A stretch of DNA of 64,000 nt from Planctomycetota bacterium (GCA_965228735.1 OZ245838.1:2976001-3040000); one strand, 5' to 3'; shown: positions 9,844 to 19,561, counted from the stretch's first letter. Numbers and translations: made by a program. Notes: generated from the sequence alone by a model not told the origin.

Positions 9844-10298
9844 TCGCGAACTGGCTGGAGTCCGTAGTGCTCGAACCGCTGCCGGAACGCCAGCGCGCGA
9901 CCGCGATCGTCGTCGCCGTCGGCATCCTCGTGCTCGTTCTCGAGCTCGTCCGCCGGCGCAAGCTGCGCGAGGAGTACTCGTGGTTCTGGTGCGCGACCGG
10001 CATGGTGCTGATCGTCCTCGCGATATTCGAGGGCGTGCTCGTCGAGTTCAGCCGCTGGATCGGCGCCGCGAGCCCGGTGTCGACGCTGTTCTTCGGCGCC
10101 ATCCTGTTCCTCGTCGTGCTCGCGCTGCAGTTCTCGATCCGGCTCAGCCGACTGACGCATCGCAACCGCACCCTCGCGCAACGCGTCTCGCTGCTCGAGG
10201 ACACGATCCAGCGCCTGCAGAAGGACCGCAACGAGAACGAGAGCGCCGAGGCGCCCGTGCGGCGGCGCCAGAAGACCGAACGCGACGAAGTCGCGTGA
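9840..10298 (+). CDS. DUF2304-family membrane protein
   Basis: LELVRRRKLREEYSWFW, three TM segments, coiled-coil LAQRVSLLE; GTGA overlap with GT2, the usual context for this family. Confidence 0.82.
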   Translation: MIANWLESVVLEPLPERQRATAIVVAVGILVLVLELVRRRKLREEYSWFWCATGMVLIVLAIFEGVLVEFSRWIGAASPVSTLFFGAILFLVVLALQFSIRLSRLTHRNRTLAQRVSLLEDTIQRLQKDRNENESAEAPVRRRQKTERDEVA

Positions 10299-10331
10299 TG
10301 GCCGGGGTAGGCTGATGGACGGGGTGTCGTA

Positions 10332-10829
10332 GTGGAAGGAGTCGCAGCAATGGGCCGCGCGGTCGCCGTCGAGTTCCGCCGGCGGCTCGCCGAGGAGTAC
10401 GTGCCGCGCATCCGGAAGTGCGTCGGGCTGCTCGACGACGAGGCGCTGTGGTGCCGCCCCGCGCCGAACTGCAACTCGGTCGGCAACCTGCTGCTGCACC
10501 TCACGGGCAACACGCGCCAGTGGATCCACGCCACGTTCGGCGCGTCGAACGACGACCGCGACCGCGACGCCGAGTTCGCCGCGGAATCGGGCAAGAGCGG
10601 CACCGAGCTCGTCGATCGCCTCGCCCAGGTCGTCGAGGAAGCGTGCGCGATCGTCGACGGCCTCGAGCCGAGTGAGTGGCTGCGCGAGCGCGTGGTCCAG
10701 CGCCAGTTCGACGAGACGGGGCTCTCCGCGGTGCTGCACGTGATCGAGCACTTCTCGGGCCATGCGGGCCAGATCTACGCCTGGACCAAGCAGGTCACGG
10801 GGCAGGACCTGAAGTTCTACGACCTGTAG
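10332..10829 (+). CDS. DinB-superfamily (DUF1572-like) protein
   Basis: NSVGNLLLHLTGNTRQWI, RDRDAEF, HVIEHFSGHAGQI. Confidence 0.85.
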   Translation: MEGVAAMGRAVAVEFRRRLAEEYVPRIRKCVGLLDDEALWCRPAPNCNSVGNLLLHLTGNTRQWIHATFGASNDDRDRDAEFAAESGKSGTELVDRLAQVVEEACAIVDGLEPSEWLRERVVQRQFDETGLSAVLHVIEHFSGHAGQIYAWTKQVTGQDLKFYDL

Positions 10830-12776
10830 TCAGCTCGCCCCGGTCAGCTCGGGACTCGTCTGCTCGGGCCGGTCAGCTCGACTGGTCAGCTCGGGATTGG
10901 CGACGATCGCCGGGTCGATCCGCGCGCTCGCCCACCGTTCGAGCATCTCGCGCAGCTGATCGAGCTTCACCGGCTTGCCGAGGAAGTCGCTCATGCCGGA
11001 CTCGAGGCACGCCTCGCGATCGCCGGGCATCACGTTCGCCGTGAGCGCGATGATCGGCACCGAGGCGTGCAAACCGCCGAGCGCGCGAATCGCCTGCGTC
11101 GCATCGAAGCCGTTGAGCTCGGGCATCTGGCAGTCCATGAGCACGAGGTCGAACTCGTTCTGCTGAATCATGTCGAGAGCCTCCTGCCCGTCGACGGCGA
11201 ACGTCACGCTGCACCCGATCTTCTTCAGCATGCCGCCGAGCACGCGGCGGTTGATCTCGTTGTCCTCGGCGACGAGCAGGCGCACGCCGTCGAGAACGGC
11301 GCCGTTCGTTTCCTGGAACTCGGACCGCGTTGGACGCTCGGCCGCGACCTTGCCGCAAACACTCGCCATGTCGTGCACGAGCTGCAGCAGGCGGCCGCCG
11401 GACAGCGGCTTGTTGAGCCAGCGGAACACGTCGGCCGCGGCCATGTCGAGCAGGTCGGGGCGCTCGTTCAGCGAACTCGCGAGCGCGATCGACAGCCGCG
11501 GGATCGCCGGGTCGTCGTGGATGGCGCGGGCGAGTTCGAGCCCGTCGATCCCCGGCATCCCCATGTCGAGGATCGCCATCGTGAACGGCCTGCCCGACTT
11601 CGCCGCGGCCCGCAGCCGCGCGATCGCGGTGATCGCGTTGCCCGCGGTGTCGATGCCGATCCTGGTCGGGGTCAGCTGGTTCACCATGAGCTTGCGCGTC
11701 GTCGCGTGGCCCTCGGCGATGAGCACCGCGTGACCCTGCAGATCGAGGTCGAACGCGCGCGCTCGCGACCTGCTGAGATCGCCGAACGGCAACCGCAGCT
11801 CGAGCGCGAACATCGAGCCGCGGCCCTCCTCGCTCTCCGCGTAGATCCGCCCGCCCATGAGCTCGGTCAGCCGCCGGCAGATGGACAGCCCGAGCCCCGT
11901 GCCGCCGAAGCGCCGCGTCGTCGAGGCGTCGGCCTGCGAGAACGGCGTGAAGAGCCGCTGCAACGCGTCCCTGCTGATGCCGACGCCGCTGTCGCGCACG
12001 GCGACGCGCACGGTCTGGCTCTCGTCGTCCTCGGCGAGCAGGCTGCATTCGAGCAGGATCTCGCCGGCCAGCGTGAACTTGACCGCGTTGCTCAGGAAGT
12101 TGAGGACGATCTGCCGCAACCGCGCCTGATCGCCGGTATGTGAGCGGTGGATGCGCGGGTCGACGTAGGTCACGAGCTCGACGGCCTTGTCCGCCGCCTT
12201 GCCGTGCAGCAGCACCGCGCAGTCGTCGATCGTCTGCCACACGTCGAAATCGGCGGCCTCGAGTTCGAGCTTGCCGGCCTCGATCTTGCTGTAGTCGAGG
12301 ATGTCGTTGAGGATGTTGAGCAGCGCGTCGGCCGACGACTGGATCGTCGTCGCCATCTGCTCCTGATCCGCGTCGAGGCGGGTCCGCACGAGCAGCTCGG
12401 CCATGCCGAGGACACCGTTCATCGGCGTGCGGATCTCGTGGCTCATGTTCGCGAGGAATTGCGCCTTGAGCTCGGCGCTCGCTCGCGCCTCGTCCGCGGC
12501 CGCCACGGCCTCGTCCCGCTCGCGCCGCAGATCGGACTGCTCAGATGCCAGCAACTCGCGCTCGAACACTCCGTCGCGGAGTTCGCTCGCGAGCCGCCGG
12601 ACGCGCGCGCCGACCACCGTCGCGATCGCGACGACGCCGGGCACGACGACCGCGAGCGCCAATGGCCAGATGGCGGCCGCCGCTGCGCCGATGGTCGCGA
12701 CCCCAACCAACAGCGCGAGGGCGCGGGTCACGTCGGCAGCATTCGGTTCGGCCCGGGAAAACATCGGCGAAGACAT
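10830..12776 (-). CDS. Hybrid sensor histidine kinase with two receiver domains
   Basis: N-terminal TMs; [16 protein letters not shown]-box, [25 protein letters not shown] motifs [10 protein letters not shown] and [10 protein letters not shown]. Confidence 0.93.
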   Translation of the reverse strand: MSSPMFSRAEPNAADVTRALALLVGVATIGAAAAAIWPLALAVVVPGVVAIATVVGARVRRLASELRDGVFERELLASEQSDLRRERDEAVAAADEARASAELKAQFLANMSHEIRTPMNGVLGMAELLVRTRLDADQEQMATTIQSSADALLNILNDILDYSKIEAGKLELEAADFDVWQTIDDCAVLLHGKAADKAVELVTYVDPRIHRSHTGDQARLRQIVLNFLSNAVKFTLAGEILLECSLLAEDDESQTVRVAVRDSGVGISRDALQRLFTPFSQADASTTRRFGGTGLGLSICRRLTELMGGRIYAESEEGRGSMFALELRLPFGDLSRSRARAFDLDLQGHAVLIAEGHATTRKLMVNQLTPTRIGIDTAGNAITAIARLRAAAKSGRPFTMAILDMGMPGIDGLELARAIHDDPAIPRLSIALASSLNERPDLLDMAAADVFRWLNKPLSGGRLLQLVHDMASVCGKVAAERPTRSEFQETNGAVLDGVRLLVAEDNEINRRVLGGMLKKIGCSVTFAVDGQEALDMIQQNEFDLVLMDCQMPELNGFDATQAIRALGGLHASVPIIALTANVMPGDREACLESGMSDFLGKPVKLDQLREMLERWASARIDPAIVANPELTSRADRPEQTSPELTGAS

Positions 12777-12850
12777 CGGTACCGTCCCACTTTCGGCAAC
12801 CGTGCGCACCGGACCGGCACGGGATGGCAACCCGCGGTGGCAGCGGCGAC

Positions 12851-13330
12851 TCAGGCGCGATGATACGGATGCCCGGCGAGCACGCTCGCGGCGCGATAGA
12901 GCTGCTCGACGACGATCACGCGCACGAGCCCGTGCGGCAGCGTCGCGGCCGAAAGCGCCCAGCGCTGGTCCGCCGTGCCGAGGAACTCACGATCGAAGCC
13001 ATCGGCGCCGCCGATCACGAACGCGAGATCGCGGCCATCCTGCTGCCAGTCGCGCAGCTTCCCGACGAGATCATCCGTGCGCCAGTTCTTGCCGCGTTCG
13101 TCGAGCGCGATCACGAGCGGCCGCCGCGCGAACTTGTCGAGCTCGGTCGTGAGCCGTGCGGCCTCCTGTTCGCGAATGCGTTCGACGCTCGTGCCCTTCT
13201 GCCGGGCACCGGGTTTGACGTCGACGAGTTCGAAGCCCCACTCGCGCGGCAGGCGCTTGCCGTACTCGCGTTCGCCGGCGATGACCCAATCGGGCTGGCG
13301 ATGCGTGACCGCGAACAGCCGAACCTTCAC
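12851..13330 (-). CDS. rlmH: 23S rRNA (pseudouridine1915-N3)-methyltransferase
   Basis: EYGKRL, IALDERGK, FVIGGADG, TLPHGLVRVIVVEQLYRA, GHPYHR. Confidence 0.95.
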   Translation of the reverse strand: MKVRLFAVTHRQPDWVIAGEREYGKRLPREWGFELVDVKPGARQKGTSVERIREQEAARLTTELDKFARRPLVIALDERGKNWRTDDLVGKLRDWQQDGRDLAFVIGGADGFDREFLGTADQRWALSAATLPHGLVRVIVVEQLYRAASVLAGHPYHRA

Positions 13331-14376
13331 GACGCCCCCCCGAACGGCAACTCCGGCTGGGCACCCGGCCGCCGGAACGGCGTCGTCGCCGCCGTCGGCC
13401 CGACGGTGCGCGGCTCGAAACCGAGGCTCCTCGCGCGCTGCTCGAACAGGTCGAGCATGAGCTGGTAGCGCGGCCCGACGCCGCGCATGCGCCGATGGAA
13501 ACCCGCGTTGTCGCCCCCGCGCACTTCACCGCCGCGGGTCTGCGCGAGCAGCGAGAGCACCTTGTCGGCGCGACCCGGGAACGCCGTGTGCAGCCGTTCG
13601 GAGAACACCTGCTCGACCTCCTGCGGCACGCGCAGCAGGATGTGGAACGCGTAGCGCGCGCCGGCGTCACGCGCGCGCGCGAGGATCTCCGGGATCTGGT
13701 GATCGTTGAGTCCCGGGATCAGCGGCGAGATCGATACCCCGGTCGGCACGCCAGCGTCGGAGAGCGCTCGGAGCGCCCGCAACCGGCGCGCCGGCGAACC
13801 CGCCCACGGCTCGATCGCGCGCGAATCCTGCTCGTTCGCGAACGGTACGCTGACGAACACCGACGCAGCGCCGTCCCGCGCGAGATCCTGCAGCACGTCG
13901 ACGTCGCGCTCGACGAGCGCACCCTTGGTGATAATGCCGACCGGCTGGCGGTACTCCGCGCAGACCTCGAGACAACGGCGCGTCAATCGGTAACTCGCCT
14001 CGATCGGCTGGTAGCAGTCGGTCACGCCGGAGAACACCAGGTTCTCGCCCTGCCACGACGGCCGCTGCAGGTGCCGCCGCAGCACGTCGGGTGCGTTGCG
14101 CTTCACGACGATGCGCCGTTCGAAGTCCGTGCCCGCGCCAAAACCGAGGTACTGATGCGTCGGGCGCGCGTAGCAGTAGGCGCAGCCGTGGAAGCAGCCG
14201 CGGTAGGGGTTGATCGACCAGCGGAACGGAATGTCCGGGCTGTCGTTCTCCGCGACGACGCTGCGGGCGTCCTCCTCGTAGACCTCGAGCGCCACGTCGG
14301 GCGCCGGCCCGAGCCACTCGACGGACTCGGACTGCCACGGGTTGGGCGGGTTATGGACGGGCCGCATCCCCGCCAT
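13327..14376 (-). CDS. PA0069/Rv2578c-family radical SAM protein (spore-photoproduct-lyase-like)
   Basis: NDSPDIPFRWSINPYRGCFHGCAYCYARPTH, SGVTDCYQPIE, IPGLND. Confidence 0.9.
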   Translation of the reverse strand: MAGMRPVHNPPNPWQSESVEWLGPAPDVALEVYEEDARSVVAENDSPDIPFRWSINPYRGCFHGCAYCYARPTHQYLGFGAGTDFERRIVVKRNAPDVLRRHLQRPSWQGENLVFSGVTDCYQPIEASYRLTRRCLEVCAEYRQPVGIITKGALVERDVDVLQDLARDGAASVFVSVPFANEQDSRAIEPWAGSPARRLRALRALSDAGVPTGVSISPLIPGLNDHQIPEILARARDAGARYAFHILLRVPQEVEQVFSERLHTAFPGRADKVLSLLAQTRGGEVRGGDNAGFHRRMRGVGPRYQLMLDLFEQRARSLGFEPRTVGPTAATTPFRRPGAQPELPFGGAS

Positions 14377-14432
14377 GTTGGCGCGGAGGCGGGCGCGGGG
14401 AAAGCACCCGCGCCGCCGACCAGCCGGAACGG

Positions 14433-15248
14433 TCAGATGCGATCGCCGCCGCGGCCGCGCCCCGGTCGACGCTGACCGCGCTTCGAACCGCGTTCGCTGC
14501 GGCCTTCCTGCCGTTCCGAACGCCGGTCACTGCGACGTTCCTGCCGCCCCTCGCGACGCTCGCCACGGCTGTCCCGGCGTTCGCCGCGGCGTTCCTTCTG
14601 GCCCTCGCGCCGCTCTCCCCGGCGCTCCTTGCGGTCTTCGCGGCGCTCGCCGACCTCTTCGCGGTGATCACTGCGGCGCTCCTGCCGGCCTTCGCGACGG
14701 TCGCCGCGCCGTTCCTGCACGTTCTCGCGCCATTCCTCGCGGCGTTCCTCACGCCGCTCCTGACCGTTCTCGCGTCGTTCTTCGCGGCGCTCGCGAACGT
14801 TCTCGCGGCGCTCCTCCCAGCGCTCGCGACGGCCCTTGCCGGGCGGCGGCGGCGGGCGCTCGCCACGCTCTTCGCGGCGTTCATCCCGGCGCTCGCGCCA
14901 CTCCTCGCGGCGTTCCTCGACGCGCTCGCGGCGCTCTTCGCGGCGTTCGCCGACTTCCTCCCGGCGTTCGTCGCGACGTTCACGCACGTCCTCACGCCGT
15001 TCGCCGATCTTCTCGCGGCGATCGCTGCGACGCTCCTGGCGGCCGTCGCGGCGGTCGCCGGCCTTCTCACGGCGCTCCTCGCGTCGTTCGCCGACCTTCT
15101 CGCGGTGTTCTTCCCGGCGTTCGCTGCGGCGCTCGCGCTGCTTCTCGACGCGTTCGCCACGCTCACCACGTTGACCGCGCCCCTGCGCCGTCGCGTCCTG
15201 CAGGCACAGGACCGTTGCCAGCGCCGTCGTCAGTATCGTTCGGATCAT
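14433..15248 (-). CDS. Secreted Glu/Arg-rich low-complexity protein (271 aa)
   Basis: GGGAGAG SD-like site before ATG 15248; signal peptide MIRTILTTALATVLCLQDATAQ followed by ERREERRE repeats. Confidence 0.72.
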   Translation of the reverse strand: MIRTILTTALATVLCLQDATAQGRGQRGERGERVEKQRERRSERREEHREKVGERREERREKAGDRRDGRQERRSDRREKIGERREDVRERRDERREEVGERREERRERVEERREEWRERRDERREERGERPPPPPGKGRRERWEERRENVRERREERRENGQERREERREEWRENVQERRGDRREGRQERRSDHREEVGERREDRKERRGERREGQKERRGERRDSRGERREGRQERRSDRRSERQEGRSERGSKRGQRRPGRGRGGDRI

Positions 15249-15295
15249 CTCAGTCTCTCCCGGTTGTGAATGCCGTGCCTGTTCCGCCCGGCACG

Positions 15296-15456
15296 AGTGG
15301 TCTGTCGCGGAAGTTCGGATCAGAAGTCCGTGTTCCTGGGCGACGCTCGCAAGGCGCGCCGCCGGAGGAATATCGGTGGATATGCCGAGAAGGCGCAACG
15401 CCGCGAGCGGCGTTCAGGGCGCGGACTTTCGATGCGAACTTCCGCGACAGACCACT
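15296..15456. mobile_element. MITE/ERIC-like non-autonomous hairpin element
   Basis: Perfect 22-bp terminal inverted repeat AGTGGTCTGTCGCGGAAGTTCG (15296-15317 / 15435-15456), imperfect pairing further inward; CTAG at right end; intergenic. Confidence 0.7.
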
Positions 15457-15585
15457 AGGTTCGGCAGCCAGCAACGTCGCACCGTGATCGCGCCCCACGG
15501 GAAGTTGCAGAATGCGACCTGCGCGCCCGCAGCGCCGGTCCCGATTCGAGACCGCGAACCGCACCACCGGCGCTACCCTGCGCGC

Positions 15586-16074
15586 ATGGCAGCCAAGTCG
15601 TTGGAGTCGCCGCTACCGTTGCTGCTCGACCATCTCGAACGCGCCTATCGCGGCCCGTCGTGGCACGGCACGGCGCTGCGCGGCACGTTGCGCGGCGTCA
15701 CGCCGGCGCGCGCGCTTTGGCAACCCGGCCCCGACCGCAATTCGATCTGGCAGTTGCTGCTGCACGCCGCGTATTGGAAGTACACGGTGCGGCGCCGACT
15801 GACAGGCGAACGCCGCGGCTCGTTCCCGCGCGCGCCAGCCGACTTCCCCGCCGTGCCCGATCCGGCGGACGCCAAGGCCTGGCGGCGCGACCTCGCGCTC
15901 CTCGACGACGAGCACGAGCAACTGATCACGGCAGTCCGAGCCCTCGACCCGACAACGCTGGAGCGCCGCCGAGGCTCATGGCGACTCATCGACTACGTGC
16001 TCGGCGCCGCCTCCCACGACCTCTACCACGCCGGCCAGATCAACCTGCTCAAACGCCTCGCCAACCCCACCTGA
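15586..16074 (+). CDS. DinB-family protein
   Basis: GPSWHGTAL, NSIWQLLLHAAYWKY, ASHDLYHAGQINLLKR. Confidence 0.88.
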   Translation: MAAKSLESPLPLLLDHLERAYRGPSWHGTALRGTLRGVTPARALWQPGPDRNSIWQLLLHAAYWKYTVRRRLTGERRGSFPRAPADFPAVPDPADAKAWRRDLALLDDEHEQLITAVRALDPTTLERRRGSWRLIDYVLGAASHDLYHAGQINLLKRLANPT

Positions 16075-16193
16075 GGTGGCGGTACCGAACCCGTTTCGAA
16101 TCCGCCACCGCCAACTCGGCGGAGAAGCCGATCGGAACCAATGTTGCGCAGACCGCACCATGGCGGATTCGAAACGGGTCCGGTACGGCCGCG
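16075..16193. repeat. REP/REPIN-like 119-bp element, copy 2
   Basis: GGTGGCGGTACCGAACCCGTTTCGAATCCGCCA (16075-16107) plus imperfect inverted arm from 16161; 53-bp spacer; between convergent genes. Confidence 0.88.
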
Positions 16194-16203
16194 GTTCGTT
16201 CAT

Positions 16204-17472
16204 TCAGCGGTAGTCCGCGGCGATGCCGCCCGCGTTCAGCGCGCTGCCGAGGCGTTCGAGTGCGACCGCGTAGGCTGCAGCGCGCATCGGCACGTCCTTC
16301 TTCTGCATGCGCTCGTGCACGATCTCGAACTGGTTCTGCATGCGAACGCGCAGCTTCTCCTGCACTTCGTCTTGGTCCCAGTAGGCACCGGCGCGGTTCT
16401 GCAGCCACTCGAACCAGCTGACCGTCACGCCGCCCGCGTTGGCCAGCACGTCCGGCACGACGAGCTTGCCCTTGTCGTGCAGGATCGCGTCGGCCTCCCC
16501 GGTCGTCGGACCGTTGGCGAGCTCGAGAACGACGTCCGCCTGGATCTTGCCCGCGTTGTCCTCGCGGATCTGGTCCTCGAGCGCTGCAGCTATGAGCACG
16601 TCGACATCGAGTTCGAGCAGCGCGCCGCTCTCGAGCTTGCTGCCGACGTCGGGCAACCGGCCCGCCGACTGCTTCTGCTCGATGATGGCGGGTACGTCGA
16701 GCCCCTCGGGGTCGTGAATGCCGCCGCGCGAGTCGCTCACCGCAACGACGCGATACCCGTCGGCGTGCAGCAGCCGGGCCGCGTGCTGACCGGCGTTGCC
16801 GAAGCCCTGGATCGCGATCGCGATGTCCTTCGGCTGCCAATCGCGCTGCTCGGCGATCTGGCGCAGCACGTAGTAGCCGCCGCGCGCGGTCGCGTCGTCC
16901 CGGCCGACGCTGCCGCCGCGCCCCACGGGCTTGCCCGTGATCACGCCGGGCTCCTGGCGCCGCACGACGGCCGCGTACTCGTCGGCCATCCACGCCATGG
17001 TCCGCGCGTTGGTATAGACGTCGGGCGCCGGCACGTCGCGGTCCACACCGATCACGTCGGCGATCGCGCGGATGTAGCCGCGCGCGAGGCGCTCGACCTC
17101 GGCCGTCGACAGTTCACGCGGATCGACCTCGACGCCGCCCTTGCCGCCACCGAACGGGATGTCGACGACCGCGCACTTGAGCGCCATCCACAGCGCGAGC
17201 GTCTTGACCTCGGCGAGCTCGACGCTCGGGTGGAAGCGGATGCCGCCCTTGAACGGCCCGCGCGAGTCGTCGTACTGCACGCGGTAGCCGCGGAAGACGC
17301 GCAGCGAACCGTCGTCCATCCGGACCGGCACGGCGACCTCGAGGGTGCGCCGCGGCACGGCGAGACGCGTCAGCGTCTCGGAGTCGAGATCCGCGTGCTC
17401 GGCGGCGGCGCGAACGCGCTCGAACGAGCGCTGGAAGAGGTCGTGCTCGGGAACGGTCGTCGGGCTGGCCAT
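16204..17472 (-). CDS. gdhA: Glu/Leu/Phe/Val dehydrogenase (probable glutamate dehydrogenase)
   Basis: RGPFKGGIRFHP, PFGGGKGG, DVPAPDV, ITGKP, QGFGNAG, ELANGP, NAGGVTVSWFEW. Confidence 0.92.
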   Translation of the reverse strand: MASPTTVPEHDLFQRSFERVRAAAEHADLDSETLTRLAVPRRTLEVAVPVRMDDGSLRVFRGYRVQYDDSRGPFKGGIRFHPSVELAEVKTLALWMALKCAVVDIPFGGGKGGVEVDPRELSTAEVERLARGYIRAIADVIGVDRDVPAPDVYTNARTMAWMADEYAAVVRRQEPGVITGKPVGRGGSVGRDDATARGGYYVLRQIAEQRDWQPKDIAIAIQGFGNAGQHAARLLHADGYRVVAVSDSRGGIHDPEGLDVPAIIEQKQSAGRLPDVGSKLESGALLELDVDVLIAAALEDQIREDNAGKIQADVVLELANGPTTGEADAILHDKGKLVVPDVLANAGGVTVSWFEWLQNRAGAYWDQDEVQEKLRVRMQNQFEIVHERMQKKDVPMRAAAYAVALERLGSALNAGGIAADYR

Positions 17473-17543
17473 GCGGCCCGTGATCGTGGCGAGCGGAGCG
17501 GCCGAGGAACAGCCCCGGCCGCAGAATCACGTCCCCGGGACCT

Positions 17544-18941
17544 TCAGCGCACGAGCGCGGCTTCGCGCCGCAGCACCTGCAGCGTCAGCGTGTGCATCGC
17601 CGTCGCGTAGACGCGACCGCCCTCGACGTCCCAGACGCCGATCGGGTCCCACGAGCCGGCGGCGTTGCCGTCGGTGCGCTGCGTCACCATGAGAACGGGC
17701 AGGTATTGGCGCCAGCGCCCCCAGGCCTCGCCGCCGATCTGGAACATCGCCTGCGTCCCGAACCACCAGTAGTACGGATCGATGTGGCCCTTGGCCCAAA
17801 CGGGCGGCTTGGCGAGCAGCACCTGCGCCGCCTTCTTCATGATCGGCTTCTCGCTCGGATCCTGGTCGAGCAGGAAGCGACCGAACAGCGCGGCCGCGGT
17901 CATCGCCTCGCCGTTCCTCGGCGGGAACCGGGTCATGTGATCGCCCGGTAGCCGCGAGCTGGCTTCGCCCTGCTTGCTGTAGCCATGGCGACCGCTCGGG
18001 TCGCTCACCTGGTCGTACCACGTCGCGACGAGATCGAGCGCCGTCGGGTTGACGTCGAGGCCGAAACTCTGCGCCGAGCGGTACGCCATGAGCGCCCAGG
18101 TCGTCACCGAGGTGTCGTTGTCGTTGTCGCGCGGCTGGTAGCGCCACACGCTGTACGGGTTGCGGTGACTCTCGAGGTAGTTGATGCCGCTCTGCACGTT
18201 CTGCTTCAGCAGCTTGTAGCGCGACAAACCGAACGCCTCGGAGAGCGCGACCGTCGCGATCGCGTGGCCGTAGACGAAGTCGTGAGCCGCGTTCGTCCCG
18301 ATCAGGCCGTTCTCCTGCTGCTGGTCCCGCAGCCACTTCACGGCCGACTTGACCTGGTCCTTGTAGCGACCGCGGCGCAGGGTGTTGCCGTTGCCGAGCA
18401 GCGCGAGTGTCGCGAGCCCGGTCACCCCGACGTCCTGCGTCGCGGAGCCCGGTCCCGTGCACGGCTGGCCACTGAGGTCGTGCTTCATGAACTCGTCCGA
18501 GTCCCAGCGCCCGTTCTCGTCCTGGTGTTCGACGAGCCACTGCAGCGCGCGGTCGATCGCAGCACCGGCCTTCTTGGCGCGATCCGCGGCTCGTTCGTTG
18601 CGGCGCGCCGGCTCACCCGGGGCCTCCGCGGCTTCGGTTTCGACGACGACGGCGATCTCCTCGACGGGCTCGATCTCTTCCGCCACCTCGGTCGGCGGCG
18701 GCGGCGGCGGCGGCATTACGATGCCGGGCCGACCGATCTGGGCCGACGCGAGGTTCACGCTGCCGAGCACGGCCAGGGTGCGCTGGTCGACCTTGTAGAG
18801 GATCCCGTCGTGGAAGACGAAGAGGTAGCTGCCGGCGGCGACCATGCTGCCCTCGGTGGGGGCCTGGGCTGCGACCGGGGACAGGGACAGCGTCGAGACG
18901 AGGGCGAGCGCACCGAACAGCGCGCCGAGACGTGACATCAT
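17544..18941 (-). CDS. Secreted prenyltransferase/squalene-cyclase-repeat (alpha/alpha barrel) protein
   Basis: Signal peptide; ALQWLVEHQDENGRW, TGLATLALLG, YGHAIAT, WRYQP..DTSVTTW, YYWWFGT, GSWDP, GGRVYATA. Confidence 0.85.
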   Translation of the reverse strand: MMSRLGALFGALALVSTLSLSPVAAQAPTEGSMVAAGSYLFVFHDGILYKVDQRTLAVLGSVNLASAQIGRPGIVMPPPPPPPTEVAEEIEPVEEIAVVVETEAAEAPGEPARRNERAADRAKKAGAAIDRALQWLVEHQDENGRWDSDEFMKHDLSGQPCTGPGSATQDVGVTGLATLALLGNGNTLRRGRYKDQVKSAVKWLRDQQQENGLIGTNAAHDFVYGHAIATVALSEAFGLSRYKLLKQNVQSGINYLESHRNPYSVWRYQPRDNDNDTSVTTWALMAYRSAQSFGLDVNPTALDLVATWYDQVSDPSGRHGYSKQGEASSRLPGDHMTRFPPRNGEAMTAAALFGRFLLDQDPSEKPIMKKAAQVLLAKPPVWAKGHIDPYYWWFGTQAMFQIGGEAWGRWRQYLPVLMVTQRTDGNAAGSWDPIGVWDVEGGRVYATAMHTLTLQVLRREAALVR

Positions 18942-19006
18942 GGCAACCTCACGGGGTTAGGGACGTTCTCGGGAGGCAACGGCGCAGGCGCGCCCCGGTT
19001 CAAAGC

Positions 19007-19059
19007 GATTGTCAGATCGATCGTCAGACGGATTGTCAGATCGATCGTCAGATGGATTG
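19007..19059. repeat. Short tandem repeat, four 12-bp units GAT(T/C)GTCAGA-NN
   Basis: GATTGTCAGATC GATCGTCAGACG GATTGTCAGATC GATCGTCAGATG in intergenic DNA. Confidence 0.8.
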
Positions 19060-19089
19060 CGAGTTCCGCGAAGGCGGCCTGCGTCGGCC

Positions 19090-19494
19090 TCAGCGCACGT
19101 GCGCCAGGACCCGGCGTCGGCTGCCCCGCCGCCGATGCTCGAAGAGATAGATCCCCTGCCAGCGCCCCAACAGCAATCGGCCACCGGCGACGGGGATCGA
19201 CAGACTCGTCTGCGTGAGCGCCGAACGCACGTGCGAGGGCATGTCATCGGGCCCCTCCGCGACGTGGGTCCACAGGGGATCGCCCTCGGGCACGAGCCGC
19301 CGGAAGAACGCCTGCAGGTCGACGAGGACGTCCGGATCCGCGTTCTCCTGGATCACGAGGCTCGCCGACGTGTGCTGCACGAAGAGCGTGCACAGCCCGT
19401 CGGCATCGCCGGCTGCGCGGACGACCTCGGCGACCTGATCCGTGATCTCGAACAGCCCCGCGCCCGGGGTCGTGACGACGAGTGGGGAGATCAT
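19090..19494 (-). CDS. yjbQ: YjbQ/UPF0047 family protein
   Basis: QHTSASLVIQENADPDV, EGPDDMPSHVRS, LGRWQGIYLFEHR. Confidence 0.92.
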   Translation of the reverse strand: MISPLVVTTPGAGLFEITDQVAEVVRAAGDADGLCTLFVQHTSASLVIQENADPDVLVDLQAFFRRLVPEGDPLWTHVAEGPDDMPSHVRSALTQTSLSIPVAGGRLLLGRWQGIYLFEHRRRGSRRRVLAHVR

Positions 19495-19561
19495 ACCGGG
19501 TACAGGTTTACCGGATGACGGGCTCGACCGTCGTGGGCGTGTTGGCCGTATCGTCCCCGGC

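Noticed and set aside
14351..15269. Alternative frames over the E/R-rich gene (Ala/Ser/Arg-rich 272 aa; hydrophobic 201 aa on +)
   Set aside because: By-products of the repeat; only the E/R frame has an SD-like site and a signal peptide
16075..16193. tRNA-like TTCGAATCC motif
   Set aside because: Part of the REP-like arm; no cloverleaf, anticodon arm or acceptor stem
16141..17610. 489-aa ORF antisense to the glutamate dehydrogenase
   Set aside because: Codon-register mirror of a strongly biased gene; no independent motifs or SD
17544..18941. Squalene-hopene cyclase call
   Set aside because: No DXDD motif, only one barrel domain and a signal peptide; fits the generic prenyltransferase-repeat family
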